A DNA stretch of 64,000 nucleotides. Source: Sphagnum compactum. Its lineage: Eukaryota. A program made the translations under genes and the position numbers. Shown in pieces: positions 1 through 14,399 of this stretch; positions within the stretch are counted from its first letter, which is position 1, and every line of letters begins with the position of its first letter. The stretch spans positions 24,976,213 through 25,040,212 of the forward strand of contig OZ234493.1 in NCBI GenBank assembly GCA_965153455.1. Direction: 5' to 3'. The notes beneath the pieces are model-generated. The model searched no databases and was not told where the DNA came from. It saw only the letters and a list, made by a program, of their open reading frames with translations.

Positions 1-576
1 ACTTGCACATTTCAAACAGATGTGGCAACAAGGTATTGTGATAGATAAGGTCACTTTCATTGCTCTTCTGTCAGCTTGTAGCCATGCAGGTCTGGTCCAT
101 GAAGGCCTAGACTACTTTGAATCAATGGGTTCACTTTACCGTGTTTCTGCAACCATGGAGCATTACGCCTGTGTGGTTGATCTTCTTGGCCGTGCTGGCC
201 ATCTGCAGGAGGCAGAGGATTTCATTAATGCAATGTCTTGTGCACCAGATACTTCAGTGTGGACAACATTGCTTGGTGCTTGTAGAATTCATGGTAATGT
301 GGAGATGGCAGAGCGCATCACTAAAAGAATAGTTTGTTGAAAATGCTACAGGCTGCTATCCAGCATCTATACTGTGGCTGGCAAGTGGGATTGCAGTGTA
401 CAATGGTCAAGAACGGACTGGAAAGGAGCATGCAAAGACAGCTGGAGTGAGTAATGAGGTTTGTTGCATTCATCTGTAGTGGACCAGAAAGGCAATCATT
501 ATTTCAAATGATTGAAATCCAGGCAGAACTAGAGAGATTGTCTGGGATGATGAATGATGCTGAGTATGTGTGCTAG
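1..576 (+). pseudogene. 3' part of a PLS-class pentatricopeptide repeat (PPR) gene with E/E+ region, frameshifted and lacking a DYW domain
   Basis: ORF 20-340 reads VTFIALLSACSHAGLVHEG...HYACVVDLLGRAGHLQEAEDFI...VWTTLLGACRIHGNVEMAE, the standard P2/L2/S2-E1 motifs. After the stop at 340 the E2 motif continues in other frames (ENATG...SIYTVAGKWD), and an E+-like piece MIEIQAELERLSGMMNDAEYVC* ends at ~576. The gene starts upstream of the window. Confidence 0.85.
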
Positions 577-881
577 GTGGGTTGAAAATTACAAATTCCT
601 ACTGCCGATCCTTCCATTTGAGACACCTAAAATCCTGCAGAATACCTGGGTACAGTCCTTTATGGATGAGCTGTGGTCTGCTATAAAATAGTGCTTTGGT
701 TCCCCACAACTTGCAAATCCCTCAAAATTGGCATTTCCTGCAAGCCGAATTCTGCAATTCAAGAAGCCTGAAAAGTGGCAGAATCTGCCCCTCAATATCC
801 TTTGCCTATATGAGATGGGCTCCAAGTAGGTCCATTCCTGCTTTCTCAACACCAACAGCTTGGCCTAGTAACAGCTTCAGT

Positions 882-1050
882 GGCATCTCTCTGGTCTTGG
901 TTCACAAGGTGTAATGCTCTGTTGGCATCTCTCTGTCTGTGGTTCACAAGGTGTTATGCTCCATTGGCATATGTGCACCCTCAGTTCACAAGGTGTAATG
1001 CTCTGCTAGCATCTCTCCACCCTCGGTTCACAAGGTGTAATGCTTTGCTG
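882..1050. repeat. Tandem repeat, ~42-bp unit x4
   Basis: The unit GGCATCTCT...GGTTCACAAGGTGTAATGCTCTG recurs four times and explains the repeated FTRCNALLAS in ORF 880-1245. Confidence 0.85.
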
Positions 1051-3679
1051 CCTTACAAGATGCCGGAGCATTACGTTACACTTCTTGTATTTTTGTATAG
1101 GACAAGGGTTTATCTTTCGACCCTTCCAGAATTTGAGGTACCTGCCATGAGGCAACAATGCAGGAGAAAGGCATATCTTTGGACCCCGGAATTTGAGGTT
1201 CCTGTCATGACTCATGAGGCCAGCCAGCTGAGTGGAGCGCACTGAAATTTTTAGGGCGTAGCTTGTACTTTCCACCTGGTGCTGGTTGAGGCTAGATTTT
1301 TGCATTAATGTCTTGTAAAAAGACATTGATTGTGCCCTCACTTTCAATTTTGAATGCTATTGTCATTTTTGCTCAAAACTATTTGCTGCAAGGAAATAGA
1401 TGAACTATGGGGAACCATATGGGAACATACAAGGGGAAAAAAAAAACCCAAAAAGGAGATGGAGGATTTTGCTTAGTTCTTTCGGCAAGGGCAATTACAT
1501 TCATGTTTGTAATTTTGCAAGTGGAGCATTTCAATTTGAGCCATTTGGTTTGAATGTTCACGTGATGGTTGTTTTCATGATTCAATGAATATGACACAAA
1601 AGAAGGTGGAATGTTTTGGATAGCCAAATGCCACCCATGTTAATATATTTGCTTTGTGGCATCTTAGCAAGCAAGTCCACTTGTATTGTTAAACTTTGGG
1701 AACTTGGCCGATTGCTTAATTTTGATGTATTCATCACAACTTTTAACCAAAATGTAGTTTACATCAAATTTGAAACAAATTAATAATTAAAAATCTTGTG
1801 GGTTTTGTAAGTGTTTAGGTTTTAAAGTTTTGTCTAGTTCATGGGATGAATCTAGGAAAGGATATGATAGTCTAGAGTCCTTCCCTACAATTTTGGCAAA
1901 CCTAAGAAATGGTATAATGTTTCTTGTATAGAATTTCAAAGAATTTAAAAACCCACATATCCTAATATTCATATTTGAAAAACTAATAGTAAAATTCAGG
2001 AAATATGTCATACATAAGTCGAAAACTTTATAAAACCAAAGGAATGGGTGCAAACCAAGTTGATGAGTTGATTATAACTCCGATGATGAGAAACTTGAAG
2101 TTGGTATAGTGACAATCCTCTATGTTGTCCTTTACCTTGACCATTCTACACAAAATGTCGAGGATCTTATGAAAGATTAGAGTTTTCCTTAAAGTCACCC
2201 TCTCTTCACCCTGTCTTTGGGCCTCCTTTCACCCCTTGTCCCTCTTTCAGTGAGGTTCACAAAGTAAGGAAATTTGATTAAATCTGGGTATGAAATGCTG
2301 AAACTCGACATTTAATGCACAAGGTTCGAGGTAATTATAGTAGTTGTATAGGTAGGACCAGTGAAAATATATGTAGTCGCAGTGGAGGTGCTCAGGAAAA
2401 AGGAAAGAGGGGGTCAATATAGGATAAACTCACTTTAGCACCAAAAATGGTGCATTTGTGAGTTTTACCCCCCCAAAGTGAAAGGCCTTTGTAATTTTAG
2501 GGCTGATTTTGTTTTTCACCAAATCTTGACCATTGTGCGGACCAGGAAGCCCCTCTAACGATGGATGGCTTGGATCCCTCGCTGAGCAAAAGCAATGGCC
2601 CTGATTCTCTGGTTGCCACTTTGCTTGTTGAAGGTAAAACATATTGCCATCTTGCTCAAGCTCTACAGTGTCCTTTGTCACCTCCGTTGTCGCAGGCTAG
2701 GGTTTCATTACCATCAAAAGTGATAATGGAGCAAAGCTTATCGCCATGATGATGGGCTCCATCCCCTTGTTTTGTTTCACCACCTTCAATCCCATTGTAA
2801 GTTGTAGCACCAAGTTTCAAATTCAAAATTGCTAGCACTAATTTCCAAGGCAACATTCATTTTAGCATTCAAGCTTCAATGACACATGTAAATGTTTTTG
2901 AGTCTTGATTCTTTGAGCATTGTTGCAATACAGTTGTGATTTGTTATAATAGAGCATTTTCAGTGCTCAACAACTCTCTGCATTATGCTTTAGGTGGGTT
3001 CCAAACTCCAATAGCATTGCAACAAGCTACGAGGAGCTTCAATTGTATGAGCAAGCTGGGACTTGTGAGTGATTAGGTCAAGGCTTCAAGCATTATTTGA
3101 GTAGCGAGTTGCTTCAATAGTTTGTGCTGACTCTTTGAGACTTTAAATTCCATTGAACACTTGTGAATTTGAACCCTGTTTAATAGAAGCTTTACAAACA
3201 TGTCTCTGCCAAACATAATGACAAAAATTTTAGTGTGATTTGAGCAAAGTGCTTTTGAGTGAAGGTCTTGAAGGCTTTGAAGTGCATCCTAGCTCATTCA
3301 ATTTTTTCAATGTGACTTGAACAACTTGTTTTCAAATGGAGGTGTTGAAAGTTTTAGGGTTTTCCACAATCTTTTGATTGTTGCTTGCATTGCTATAACA
3401 CCATGTCTCTTCTTAGACCTCCTTTAAATTTCAAGTATAGACATTCTTTTTCCAAATTTGTGCCTATATGTCTCTGGTTCTGTGCCTCTTATGGTTGATC
3501 CTGATATAGGGGTGGTTGTTGTTGGCAGTTGTGATTAGATAACTACTACTTATACTTCACTAGGCAAATCAACTAGCACCACACATAGTGCATCCACTTT
3601 TGGTACACTTGGTGCTCTAGTTTAGGTCAGTTGGTGTTGAGGTTCCTAATGTGCCTGTCAACACAATTTTTTTAGAAGC

Positions 3680-6246
3680 ACCAAAGAAAAAGAAAAAAAC
3701 TCGAATGTGACCTTCAATGGGTTTTCAAGGATGATTGGGCAACCAAGTTTCCATGGGTTGAAATTAGGGTCAATCCTAATGGTAAGGTGTAGCAAGTGCA
3801 TTACATAATCTACTCAATTATGGAGGGTAAAGAAAAGCTTCTAAACCCTAAACTTGACAGTCTCCAGGAGCACTTAAGTAAGAGGAAAACTTTGGTTGCT
3901 CATCTGAGAGTTGCAATGGGTGAATATTACTAAAGTTCTAAAAGCTAACAACAAAAGAATGAGAGGATCCATGCTGTTCAAGGTCCATAGTCATTGATTC
4001 AATTAATGTTGAATGGAGGAAGGGTTGAAAAAAAAAAATAGTTTGTGGAATATTTCCACCTTCTAAAAAATGGGAAGCCCATGAAAGATTTTGAAAGTCT
4101 AACAAAGTTGTTTAAGTTTTTGAAATTCTTCAATGCCCCCAAAAAACATTGGAAAAATTCAAGTGGGTGGGGTATGGTAAGAGCTATGCATAATGTAGCT
4201 TTAAAACAAATAAAATTGGTTTTGTAGCAAAACAAATTTATCTCCATCAATTGTGATGAAATAACCACTCTAGATAATCAATCTTGGATTTCTATGCATG
4301 CCTATGTTGTTGAGAATTGGAGAAGGCAGTTAGTCCTTTTGAATCTTGAAAGAGTTGTGGACGGAGGCACATGTAATAGTATTACTATTGTTACTGTTCG
4401 TTCTTCGATTAATTTGGGTGGTCTATTTGTGGTTGACATTGTTAACAAGGTTGTACGATGCTACTAATGATGCAGTTGTTAATATTAAAGTTTTATGAAC
4501 TCTTATGTGATGTGGAAATATTCATGGGATTAACATGTGTGCGGTAATGTTGGAAGTAATGCAGAGTTTGAGCAAGCTTGCTCAAAATAGGGAAACTTTC
4601 ATATGAGATTTTGTTTCAATTGTTTTAGTTGTGTCAATTTGAAATCTACACCATCTGTGTGGATCTTGAGAAATAATATTCCCATGATCAGTTTCAGGCA
4701 TTCATGGATTTGGTGACATTCAATAATGATGCTTTATGGATTGAGTGGTGGACTGATTTAGAATTGCATGTGAAATTTGCTAGTTTTTCCTTAATTTAAT
4801 GTTTGCACATGCTGCGAAAAACTAACAAGACAACCAATGGTAAATGTAAGGTAAAATGGTTCACTTTTTGCATCACAAGCTTAATTTCTATAAATGTTTT
4901 GTGTTTAAATGCCTATGGTGAAAGATTTAATTTTAAATACATTAAATGATGACTCATTTTAAATTTAAAACTTGATTATGAAAACATTTGCACAATTATT
5001 TTTTGAAAATAATGCATTCATTATTAATAATGGACTTTTGAAATAAAAAATGTGGACTGGTCAATTATTTGGATTGTTTAAAAAATTCATAAATTCATAT
5101 TGAATTTCATTTTAATTTTTTAAGTGTGAGTAAGCATTGGTTGAATAATTAAATCATAAAGCTAAATGTGAAATCTTATTTTCTGAAACCTTAACCAAAT
5201 GGCAGTTATAAACTTTTGAAGAGTTAGAATTGAACCTTATTTTCAAAAGTCCTTTTGAAATGAAGTTTTTTTGTTTCTTAAATTTTTTACACCCCATGTG
5301 TACATAATTGAAATATCTAAATGGGCTTTTATTTTTATGAACTTTATGGGGTTTTTTTTTGGGATTTTCAAAATGATTTCACCATACCAATTAACAATGA
5401 CATTTTCAATATGGGTTTTGAGCTAGTTTTAAAGGTTTCATAAGTGATTGAAACTTAAATAGTCAAAAATTACATTAATGAAAATCTTAGAAATTGAAAC
5501 CATATCCATATGGATCATTTATAGAAACTTGTTTGTGATTTTTATGAAAACTGTATTTGTGTAAAATGAACCATTAAATTGTACATTTATCCCCAAGGAG
5601 GTGTCAATGGTAATTAAGGATGATTGGGCATGTGTTTGCCAAAATGTCAAAGATCAATGCACTTTTTGTTGCCACAGGTTTGATTGCAAAATTGGATAGA
5701 TAATTTCTGACTAAATTTGATGAATGCCATAGGCATCATCTACCCTTAGTATTCGATACAATCAAAAGTTGCTTCAATGTTATTTAATCATTGGTAGATC
5801 TTGAAAGCACATTATTGCCATGCCAAGATCACACAACCAAATGGTGTTTGCCATCCTCCCTTGCTAGATGCTGCTTTACTTGAGTGACAATCATCATTTT
5901 TTGTTACCTTGAATTGCAATTTTTCCATGCTACCCCCACATGATTGTAACCCTACCGATGCATGTGAAGGTGGATGGCCAATAGCCAAATTTTGAAGCTC
6001 AAGATGTTTGAATTTTTCAGATTACTTGAACTTGTTATTGTTATGGTTTTGGGGAGTGTTGAAGATGAAAAAACATTCTTTACTTTCATTTTCATGAAAT
6101 CAAAGTTGAGAATTCGACTAACCACCCATCTTGATCTTGTTGTGAGAATGTATGCGCATAATTTCTTTTCACTCCAAAGTTTCCCATTCTACACTACTAT
6201 CATTGAGTGGAATGAAGAAAAATTCTACTATGGGTTGGAATTATAA
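3680..6246 (+). mobile_element. Degenerate hAT-superfamily (ZNF862-like) transposase
   Basis: Fragments broken by stops: FQ.DWATKFPWVE; FHLLKNGKPMKDFESL..LF.FL..PKKHW; FISINCDEITTLDNQSWISMHAY (catalytic D region); C-terminal hAT dimerisation motif VMVLGSVEDEKTF..FMKSKLRIRL at 5974-6246. An AT-rich intron or insert of ~750 bp interrupts it at ~4850-5597. Confidence 0.85.
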
Positions 6247-7026
6247 GTTGTCTATGTGATATAGGACTCTTTGGCTCAAATTTCCTAATTTTGTCAATTC
6301 CTATTTGTAGATAGAGATTTCAATACTTATGTATTTGTTTTGTAGGTCTGCCTTCCATTGATATGGCAAAATCCATTTATGGATTAGTTGTAATTCCTTT
6401 GGAAGGCAGAGAGGGTGGTGGGGTTTTGTAGAAGTAACAACAACATGAAACTAAACGACGACGACAATAACATGAAACTTTAACCCTATACAATAACAAC
6501 ATGCATCCTAAACACTAACTCAAAATTTTGTTCGTGTTTGCTTCTATCCATCCCAAATGAACATCGCCATGCACAATGAAATTTTTGTTTAAACAATTGC
6601 CATATTGCTAGAACCCAAAATGACATAGAGCCATGTGAGCAACCCACGACTTCTGAAAATTGCCACCTAAAACCACCCCCTCCTTGGAGCAGTAGTTGTT
6701 AACTCAGCAACATCAAGAATCACAAACAAAAAAATCTCTGGTACAAGCTGCCAAGGTACTATGGTAACTGGTCAAAGATGTACCCTGAACCGTTGGCAAT
6801 CATTTTATTCTGGGGAAAGAGAGAAAAAGCCTCAAAACCAGGGATTCTTTGATTTTCAAAAACTTCAAAAACTTGAAACTAGAGGTCATAACAAAATCAA
6901 AGAATTGCTTGACGCTCATTGTAACTGTCTTGCACTTAGCATCTTTAGCTTAATTTGCAAATGCAACTGGTCTTGGAGTCTTTATGGCCTCTTTCCATTA
7001 GACCAATGTGATTATAGTTTTTGTCT

Positions 7027-7184
7027 CCATACTAGTTTTCCATTACATTTGTTTCATCTAGCTATACTCAGACACCTTAGAGCTCTACAAGTCCAGCATT
7101 GACCATATCCCCATACTAGTTTTCCATTACATTTGTTTCATCTAGCTATACTCAGACACCTCAGAGCTCTACAAGTCCAGCATT
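7027..7184. repeat. Near-perfect direct duplication of ~75 bp (period ~83 bp)
   Basis: CCATACTAGTTTTCCATTACATTTGTTTCATCTAGCTATACTCAGACACC..AGAGCTCTACAAGTCCAGCATT occurs at ~7027 and ~7110. Confidence 0.9.
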
Positions 7185-8387
7185 CACGAGACGCAGAGTT
7201 ATGTGAGTTATGAATCAAACTATCAAAGCACTTCAGTGAAGGTGACATCTGTCATTTTTGATGGGAACACGTGGTCTTTTAAAGTTCTTAAGAAAGTTCC
7301 TTACATATGAAATGTTCCTAACATTAGTTACCTACAGATTTGCACCCCAGTTGCAGCTCTCCCCAATGGAGAGTACCTATCTGCACAACAAAGAAACAGG
7401 GGGCTCCGTTTCAGTGACATTCCCTAAGGCTAACATGATCACAACATACTGTGTGTAACTGTCATTACAGCAGCCTAACGGAAAGAGATCTAATGGAAAC
7501 CAAGGGCAGAGCACCAGGTCTGGAGTGCAATGCCTTGCTCCCATGGCATTACCCAGTGCAATAACTGAGGCAGAGCAGTACAGTAGGGCCTCTCACAGGT
7601 ACAACACAGAATTACAAAATCATAGTTTTGTAATTTCCCACCATATATCAATGGGAGGCGCCACTGTATTGGCTTGCCCTGTGGGTGGGCATTTTGCAAA
7701 ATGGAATGGCCTGCCCACAAGGCTATTACAGAAAGGGGAGGAAAAGATTGCAAGTCAGAGCTGAAAATTTCAGTTGAAGGAAAATCGCAGAATTGGAATT
7801 TCAAAATCAAAATTAGTTTACTAAGAACTGGGCCCAAGTTGCAGTTGAAGTCTGTTGCACTACCACCCATCCAACATAAGAAATGAAACCTAAGAAAGCA
7901 TAGGAATAATAGGACCCATAATCAGTACACGCTCTGGACCCCCATATAGATCCAAACTAGAAAGAAACCTAGCAGAAGATCAGACACCCACAAATAAGTG
8001 TACCTGAATAAACTAAAAGGTTGAGCCTGGTCCATCTTGAGTTTGATCTCTGGCAAAAGGTTAGAACATCATGTTAAAAGTCCAGCTTGTTAGCATCATT
8101 GTAAAATCAGTAGTGCTATATATTGTTTCTGTTTCTCTGTGGAATTCCTAGGGCAGCATTTTCTAGATTGGACAACAGGTCCAGTAATAGACAGCTGATC
8201 TATTTGCAGTGATGATCAAGAAGTTCAGTGAATTTTTTTTTGGTGAAACCTGATCTGCACAAATAGAGATGTCAACTACCAGCAATGACTTAGTTCTAGA
8301 TTCTTAAGATGCTGTAAGACAAAACTGATTAGGGCTAGCATGTCATAAAGTTGAAGCTTGCAGGGACTTCACAGTGGACTCAGTTTT

Positions 8388-11300
8388 CTAGACATAGTAT
8401 ATCATCCCCACTTCAATCAGACAAAGGTGAGGCACACTAAGTGCTACAGAGGGGCCCCGACAGTTGCGTCTCAAAAAAGTGTAGGCGATATCAATTGCAA
8501 ACTTCTTCAGCAAGGAAGAAGATCTTTTAGCCTTCACGTATGAGTGACCCAACACATAAGCCACACCTGCCTCTTTTGCTTCAATCAGCTCCATTAGTTC
8601 CTGTTGAACTGCTGGGCTCAAATTTGGGCTCTTGGGTATTTCAAACTGAACCCGTTTCTTTTGGTCTATCTGAAGTGATTCACTGATTTCTGCAACCTGC
8701 CAGAAAAACACAGGAACATCTAGTTTTACCAACACAGTTCTCTCTGCTCTGAATGAGAAAATGCCAGACAAATATATCAACAATTTGCCAATTTCAGATG
8801 AACTGCTTAGCAGCATTCTGGTTTGCATTTTTACAGGATTTGGTAATCAACACAGAAACACTCACAAACCTGGATGCTAGTAGATGACTGTGACAGGTCA
8901 TTATGGGATGGCATCGAGATATAGCTCTCTTCAGGGTCTGAATCAGATGCCAAGGTGGTCATGATTCTTGCAGAGTTTGCACTGCTCATGACACCCACTT
9001 GGCCATCAGCTGACACCTCACCACTGGATGGAATCCACGGAACATCACCTTCTGATTGGATAAACTCCCCCAGGTTTTTGATTAACTCGTTCTCAAAATC
9101 GTGATCATCTCTGTGTAGGTCCTTATACCCATACCGAATCACACACCTGTTCCAAAATTCACACATTACCCTCTCAACCCACAACATTACAAAGTCAAAG
9201 TCTCCTACCTTTCAATCTCATGGGCCCATCCTTAACAATACTACTCTATGCAGCCAGTCTGATTTAATATCTCAAACAAAAAACCTTTCACAATAACGCC
9301 TATCACACATCTAGACTTAAGACAATCATTGGGAAAATGCTGACCTGTACATGCGATACTCTTTTGGACCCACTCGGCCAATAAGGTAACGCTCATGCTG
9401 AGGAATATAAGGGACTGAGACTGATTTTATACACACAAAAACAAGGACTCGATGAAATGCTGGCAAGTTGGTGACAAAATGAGAGAAAATGGCAGGTATT
9501 CCAGTGACAAGCTCGGTGTAAATAAGCCCAACTCCTGGTACACGCACAATCCCAAGACTGGGACCCAGTGTGAGTAACCACTTCATTGATACTCGATTCT
9601 GTAAGTCAAATTCATACTTCTTTGTTGTGCCATAGTGCCACACGTACATGATGCTCATGAAGACGATCGAAAGGACTAATGGAGCCCATCCTCCTTGTGG
9701 CACCTTGATTATTGATGCTGAAATATACAAGGTTTCGATGGACCCGAAAAAGAGAAGGAAGCACAATGCTAGAAAGATGCTTCGTCGCCACACTATTATG
9801 ATCACTAAAGTTGTCAAGCATGTTGTTACAAGCATTACTGTTATCACCGCAAGACCTGCATAATATAAACCACCAATTAGTTTTGCAAATGGTGATCATC
9901 AACCCCAACACTCTTAACTAGCACCACAGTGCACGATGAGGGACCATATTCAGCATCCCAATGACAGGCATGATCGATCCTGCCATCTTTGACTGCAGCA
10001 TTTGATTCAAGCAGCCAACACAAAAACAGATGCATATGTGTTTCAACGACAAGATTATGAAACGGTCTTCTCTCACCATAGGCATTTCCTATAGTAGTGG
10101 TGTCTCGGAAACCAACTGTGATTGCAAGGCAAAGAATGAGTAAGATCCAGTTGATTTCTGGGATGTAAATCTGCCCATGAATGCGCTGGGAAGTGTGAAC
10201 AACTTTAACACGTGGGAAGCAGCCGAGTGCAAGGCACTGCTTGACACTAGAGAATGTCGCAGAGATGATAGCCTGGCTCCCCACTATCGACGCCAATGTT
10301 GCCACCACAAATACAGGCCAAAATACCGGCTCTGCCAGGTTGAAAAAAATTTCAACAGCAAATCAATACCAAAAAGACTATGATGACCCTTCAGAAGCCC
10401 TTCAATCTATGGATTGGGAGGGTGCACCTATGCCACATTGCCAAAACACCCCCCTCAGCCAGATTTAGCAAACTTTTCTGAGACCCAAGTTCATTTCTTC
10501 ACAGGGTACAGAACTGCACAAAAAATCGTTTTCTCACCAGGCAGAGAGGCCTGAATATTGGCTCTATAGTTATGAAGCAGACACCCCAAAATCAGCACCA
10601 GATACACTAAAATCCATGGTTTTATAGTTTCTCTTCCTTTCAACCTTTCCAACATATGGAAGTCTTTAGTGAATTATAGGTGTCGAAGGGGTGATGGGTG
10701 CCGGCAAATCTTACTTGGAATGGATGTGTAGAAGCTCTGGGAAACATCATCGCGGTTTTTGGACAAAAAAGCAGCTTGCCCACAATAAGCCAATAGCAAG
10801 CATGGATACACGACTCCTGTAAATGCAATCTGCCACAATTATCCAACAACACAATTAGATAACATTGTTTATTATCGATGGCTTATTACAAAGGTTTTTG
10901 TGAAATCAGGATGCAGATTACAGGATTTTTGAGAACTTTTACTATAAGCTGGTACCTTTATAGAGAGCTGTGAAAAATGGCCAAGGTCTGCAAACATTGC
11001 TTCCGTTCCTGCATGCACCCATGTAACAAGAACATCAAATTCCAAGAAAACATTTAAAAGCCAAATATAACCCATTGAGCAAAATAGGAGAGCCATTCAG
11101 ATCATGTTGAAGCGGCCAAAATTACCTGTAATGCAGAGCAGGATGCCACCGAGTGAAATCCAACCATCAATCCCACATTTCTTGAAAAAGTTGTACATGT
11201 AAAATGGGGATAGCGCCCGGAAGATAGTGGGGTCATAATAGATGATGTTGTAGACACCAATGGTACTGATGCAGAAAAGCCAAGCAATTACAATGGGTGC

Positions 11301-13586
11301 AAACATGAAGGCCACCCGATGTGTCCCATAATGCTGCAGGGAAAAAAGGCCCACCAAAATAACACATGCCACCGCCACTACCACATCTGTCAGGAAATAC
11401 AAGACAAAATCAAATGGAGTAAAGCTGTTCAGCAAGAGCCCCTCAAGTAAATCACTGACCAACTCATTCTCAAGTAAGCCTCTCTGCCTGCTGACCACTC
11501 TGCCCAGAGAAGCTCTACTCTCAACTGTTTGGGAAGCTCAAACACAAATCAAACTTTGATAAGCTCACAAACATAGCTGCATGTTACCACTAGCCATTGA
11601 ACTGGTCATGGATGACAACCGATCTTCATCTAAAACTAAGCTCCTGGGACATGCTAAGTATCCTTGGAACTACCAATCCTCACCAAAGAGAGATCTCTTC
11701 TTCATATGTGCTGGATGTCTAGAGCATGCAATCATGACCATCATTGCTCGTTTGAAGACGAAACTCAGATTACACATGCAAAACAACTTTCTGAGAGCAA
11801 TTGACCATATGGATCCACACTGTTTTTCTGCACAGAAGTTGTAGTAACACAGGAGTGGTGGTTTTGCAACTTGCAAACTGAAAACTTACTGTCATGAAGG
11901 TGTGGGGCAGCAACCTGAATTCCCGAGACTGCTGATAAAACTGCCAATGGGTCCAAAAATTTCAATGCATTTTGTCATGAGATATATGTTTTACCATTTT
12001 AGATCTGGATTCAATTGACCCACTGACATCAACTATCAGTGAAATAAGTTTGCTCACATTCAATGCAAATTTTGTAACCCACAGCACATTTGGGCTACAT
12101 TCAATTATGGATAAAAATCATGGAATACAGAGCCCTTTCCCTGTGTGTAACTAGAAACAATCACAAAAGAATTTGCAATACTTATTATGGTCTTACGAGA
12201 AAATAGCACAATTTGCAACATGTGCTAGACAAAAGACTACACTGAAGAGTCATCCGAAAAAGCCAGGAAAACAAAAAGATGTACCTGAAATAGCAGGAGT
12301 GAGAACACCGTCACCTATAATCATGCAGGTTCCGAGTAAAACAATGATGAGAAGTGCAGTCTGCAGCTTTTCATGCTTCTCTAATAGCTTCTTTAACCAG
12401 ATTCCCTGGGTTGTCTCAGGAGGTGGCTTGAGCTTGTAAGTCGAAAGATCCTCATCGGCAGCTTGCTGGTTCGGTAACAAGCTAAGCTTTGCATGCCGAC
12501 AAAGAAGTGAATATAGTGCAAATGTACCTCCTGCCATCAAAACTCATCACCATGATTCACTGTCAGTCAGTCTCACATGATCCAAAACCCTATTGTAAGG
12601 CAAACCCACCAGATGACAGCAAAAGTACACCCAATCGTTGGGTATGAAGAACTTCTTCCAGCTTCCACATACCACCATAACATCATTCTTTCCTGTTCAG
12701 GAGCATTGACATAGGTTGAAATGGAGTACTATGCAATACTCTCTGTTGACAAAATTCAGCTCATGGAGAAGAAGCAATTGTGCAAGAATGGAACACACAA
12801 AAAGGTGTGAGGATTCATCTATGCATCAGAATTTCTTGCAAATTGTGATACTCAAACTGTGAGGACCGATTGGAACAAATGAACATAATGTACCTACCAA
12901 TTCTGTGGACTTGTGTAAAATTCAGAAGGTGGGTAGAGAGAGAGAGAGAGATTGTGCTGGGGAGTTTAGTTTAGTTCTGACCTTCTCCGTTGTCATCGGC
13001 ACTCAATACAATAAACACATACTTAATGACAGGCACGATGGTGAGTGTGTAGAAAATGAAGGACAACACTCCCAGGATTTCGGCATCATCTTCTTGCAAC
13101 TTAATCCTTCCTGAGAATGTGCTCCGGTACACATACAGTGGTGAAGTGCTCAAGTCCCCATACACGACTCCAAAGCTTTGGTATGCCAGCAACAATATCA
13201 CTCTCAATGACACATCCTCCTGAAGCAGAAAACCTTGTAGAAAGTTAAAGCCTAGTACAATTGGAGAAGGTTTTTCCTTCAACCCACTGGCAGACACACC
13301 AGCAAACCAGAATTTTCCTTTTCTTTCGTAAAACTCTTTGCAAGATTGATTGACCTAGAACAAAACCTCATGTCAGGTCTGTGAATTTTGAAGCTGTGAA
13401 GAACTCTATGAAATTTCTGGAACTTTATTTTTGGGGGTGGTTTCTGAAAGAAAAAGATCTGAGGTATACTCTTAGGGTTTCATCAGAAACGCAAAAAGAG
13501 ATGTTGAGAGATTTGCATCAAGCATTTTTTTGTACCTGAGGAGGTCTTTGAGAGGATGATCTGTAGCTTCCTGACTCCAAATCCAT
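8388..13586 (-). CDS. KUP: KUP/HAK/KT family potassium transporter, 11 exons, 788 aa
   Basis: Exons with GT-AG boundaries and consistent phase: 13586-13536, 13219-12982, 12530-12285, 11940-11890, 11386-11126, 11008-10956, 10829-10715, 10331-10077, 9855-9345, 9146-8870, 8696-8388 (2367 nt in total). Family motifs present: [92 protein letters not shown]-terminal [10 protein letters not shown]. Confidence 0.97.
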
Positions 13587-14399
13587 GGGTGCTTGTTCCA
13601 AAGGAATTGAGGAGGAGACACACACGAGGGGATCAGTGTACTACAAGGGAGGCCACAGTCTCTCTTAAGGTAGTAGAGAAGGTCTTAAGCGCCTACGCAC
13701 AGATGGGTGTCCCATCAGAACCAGCATCGAAGCAAGTCTGCATAGTAGATGCCACATCCCAACTCCCCCACACTCAGTCCCTTCTCTTTTCGCAAAAATT
13801 CTTCGCAACGAAGCGAGAGAGAGAGAGGGATGTCTTTAGGGTTTTGTGTTGTTTTTGTTTAGTCTTTCTCTCTTTTTCTGTTTTCTCTTACACCGTCGGA
13901 GCTTGCAGGAATCCGGGAAACATACTGAAGTAGGTAGGTCTATCTCTTCTTCTTCTTCGTCTTCGCCGGCTAGCTAGTTCCTCTCTTCTTCTTCTCTTAT
14001 CCCACACACTCACACATCAAAGAAAAAGACTCTTGCAAATGCGGAAAAGAAATGCTCGATCTCCCGTACTGATGAATTTCTCGAAATCCAAACACAAAAT
14101 CAAAAACCAACACAAACAAACAAAAAAGAAAGAAGAAGAAAGCAATAAAAGGCAAGGAAGCAAACAAGGACGCTAGCTAGCTAGTTACTTCCGAGCTCCG
14201 TCCAATCTCTCCTCCAAAAACCCAACAAAAAAGGAAAAAAACAAACAAACAAACAAAACAGCACCCAAAACCAAGGAAGACTCCTTTCAAACAATTCAGA
14301 GCAACAGCAAAAGCAACAACAGCAGCAGCAACAGGAAGCAACAATGAGCAAAAAAAACTGATGAATGGGATGATGTGCAAAGATTTGGAATGAAAATCA

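Noticed and set aside
880-1245. 121-aa repeat-containing ORF
   Set aside because: The open frame is explained by a ~42-bp tandem repeat; it has a non-ATG start and no domain.
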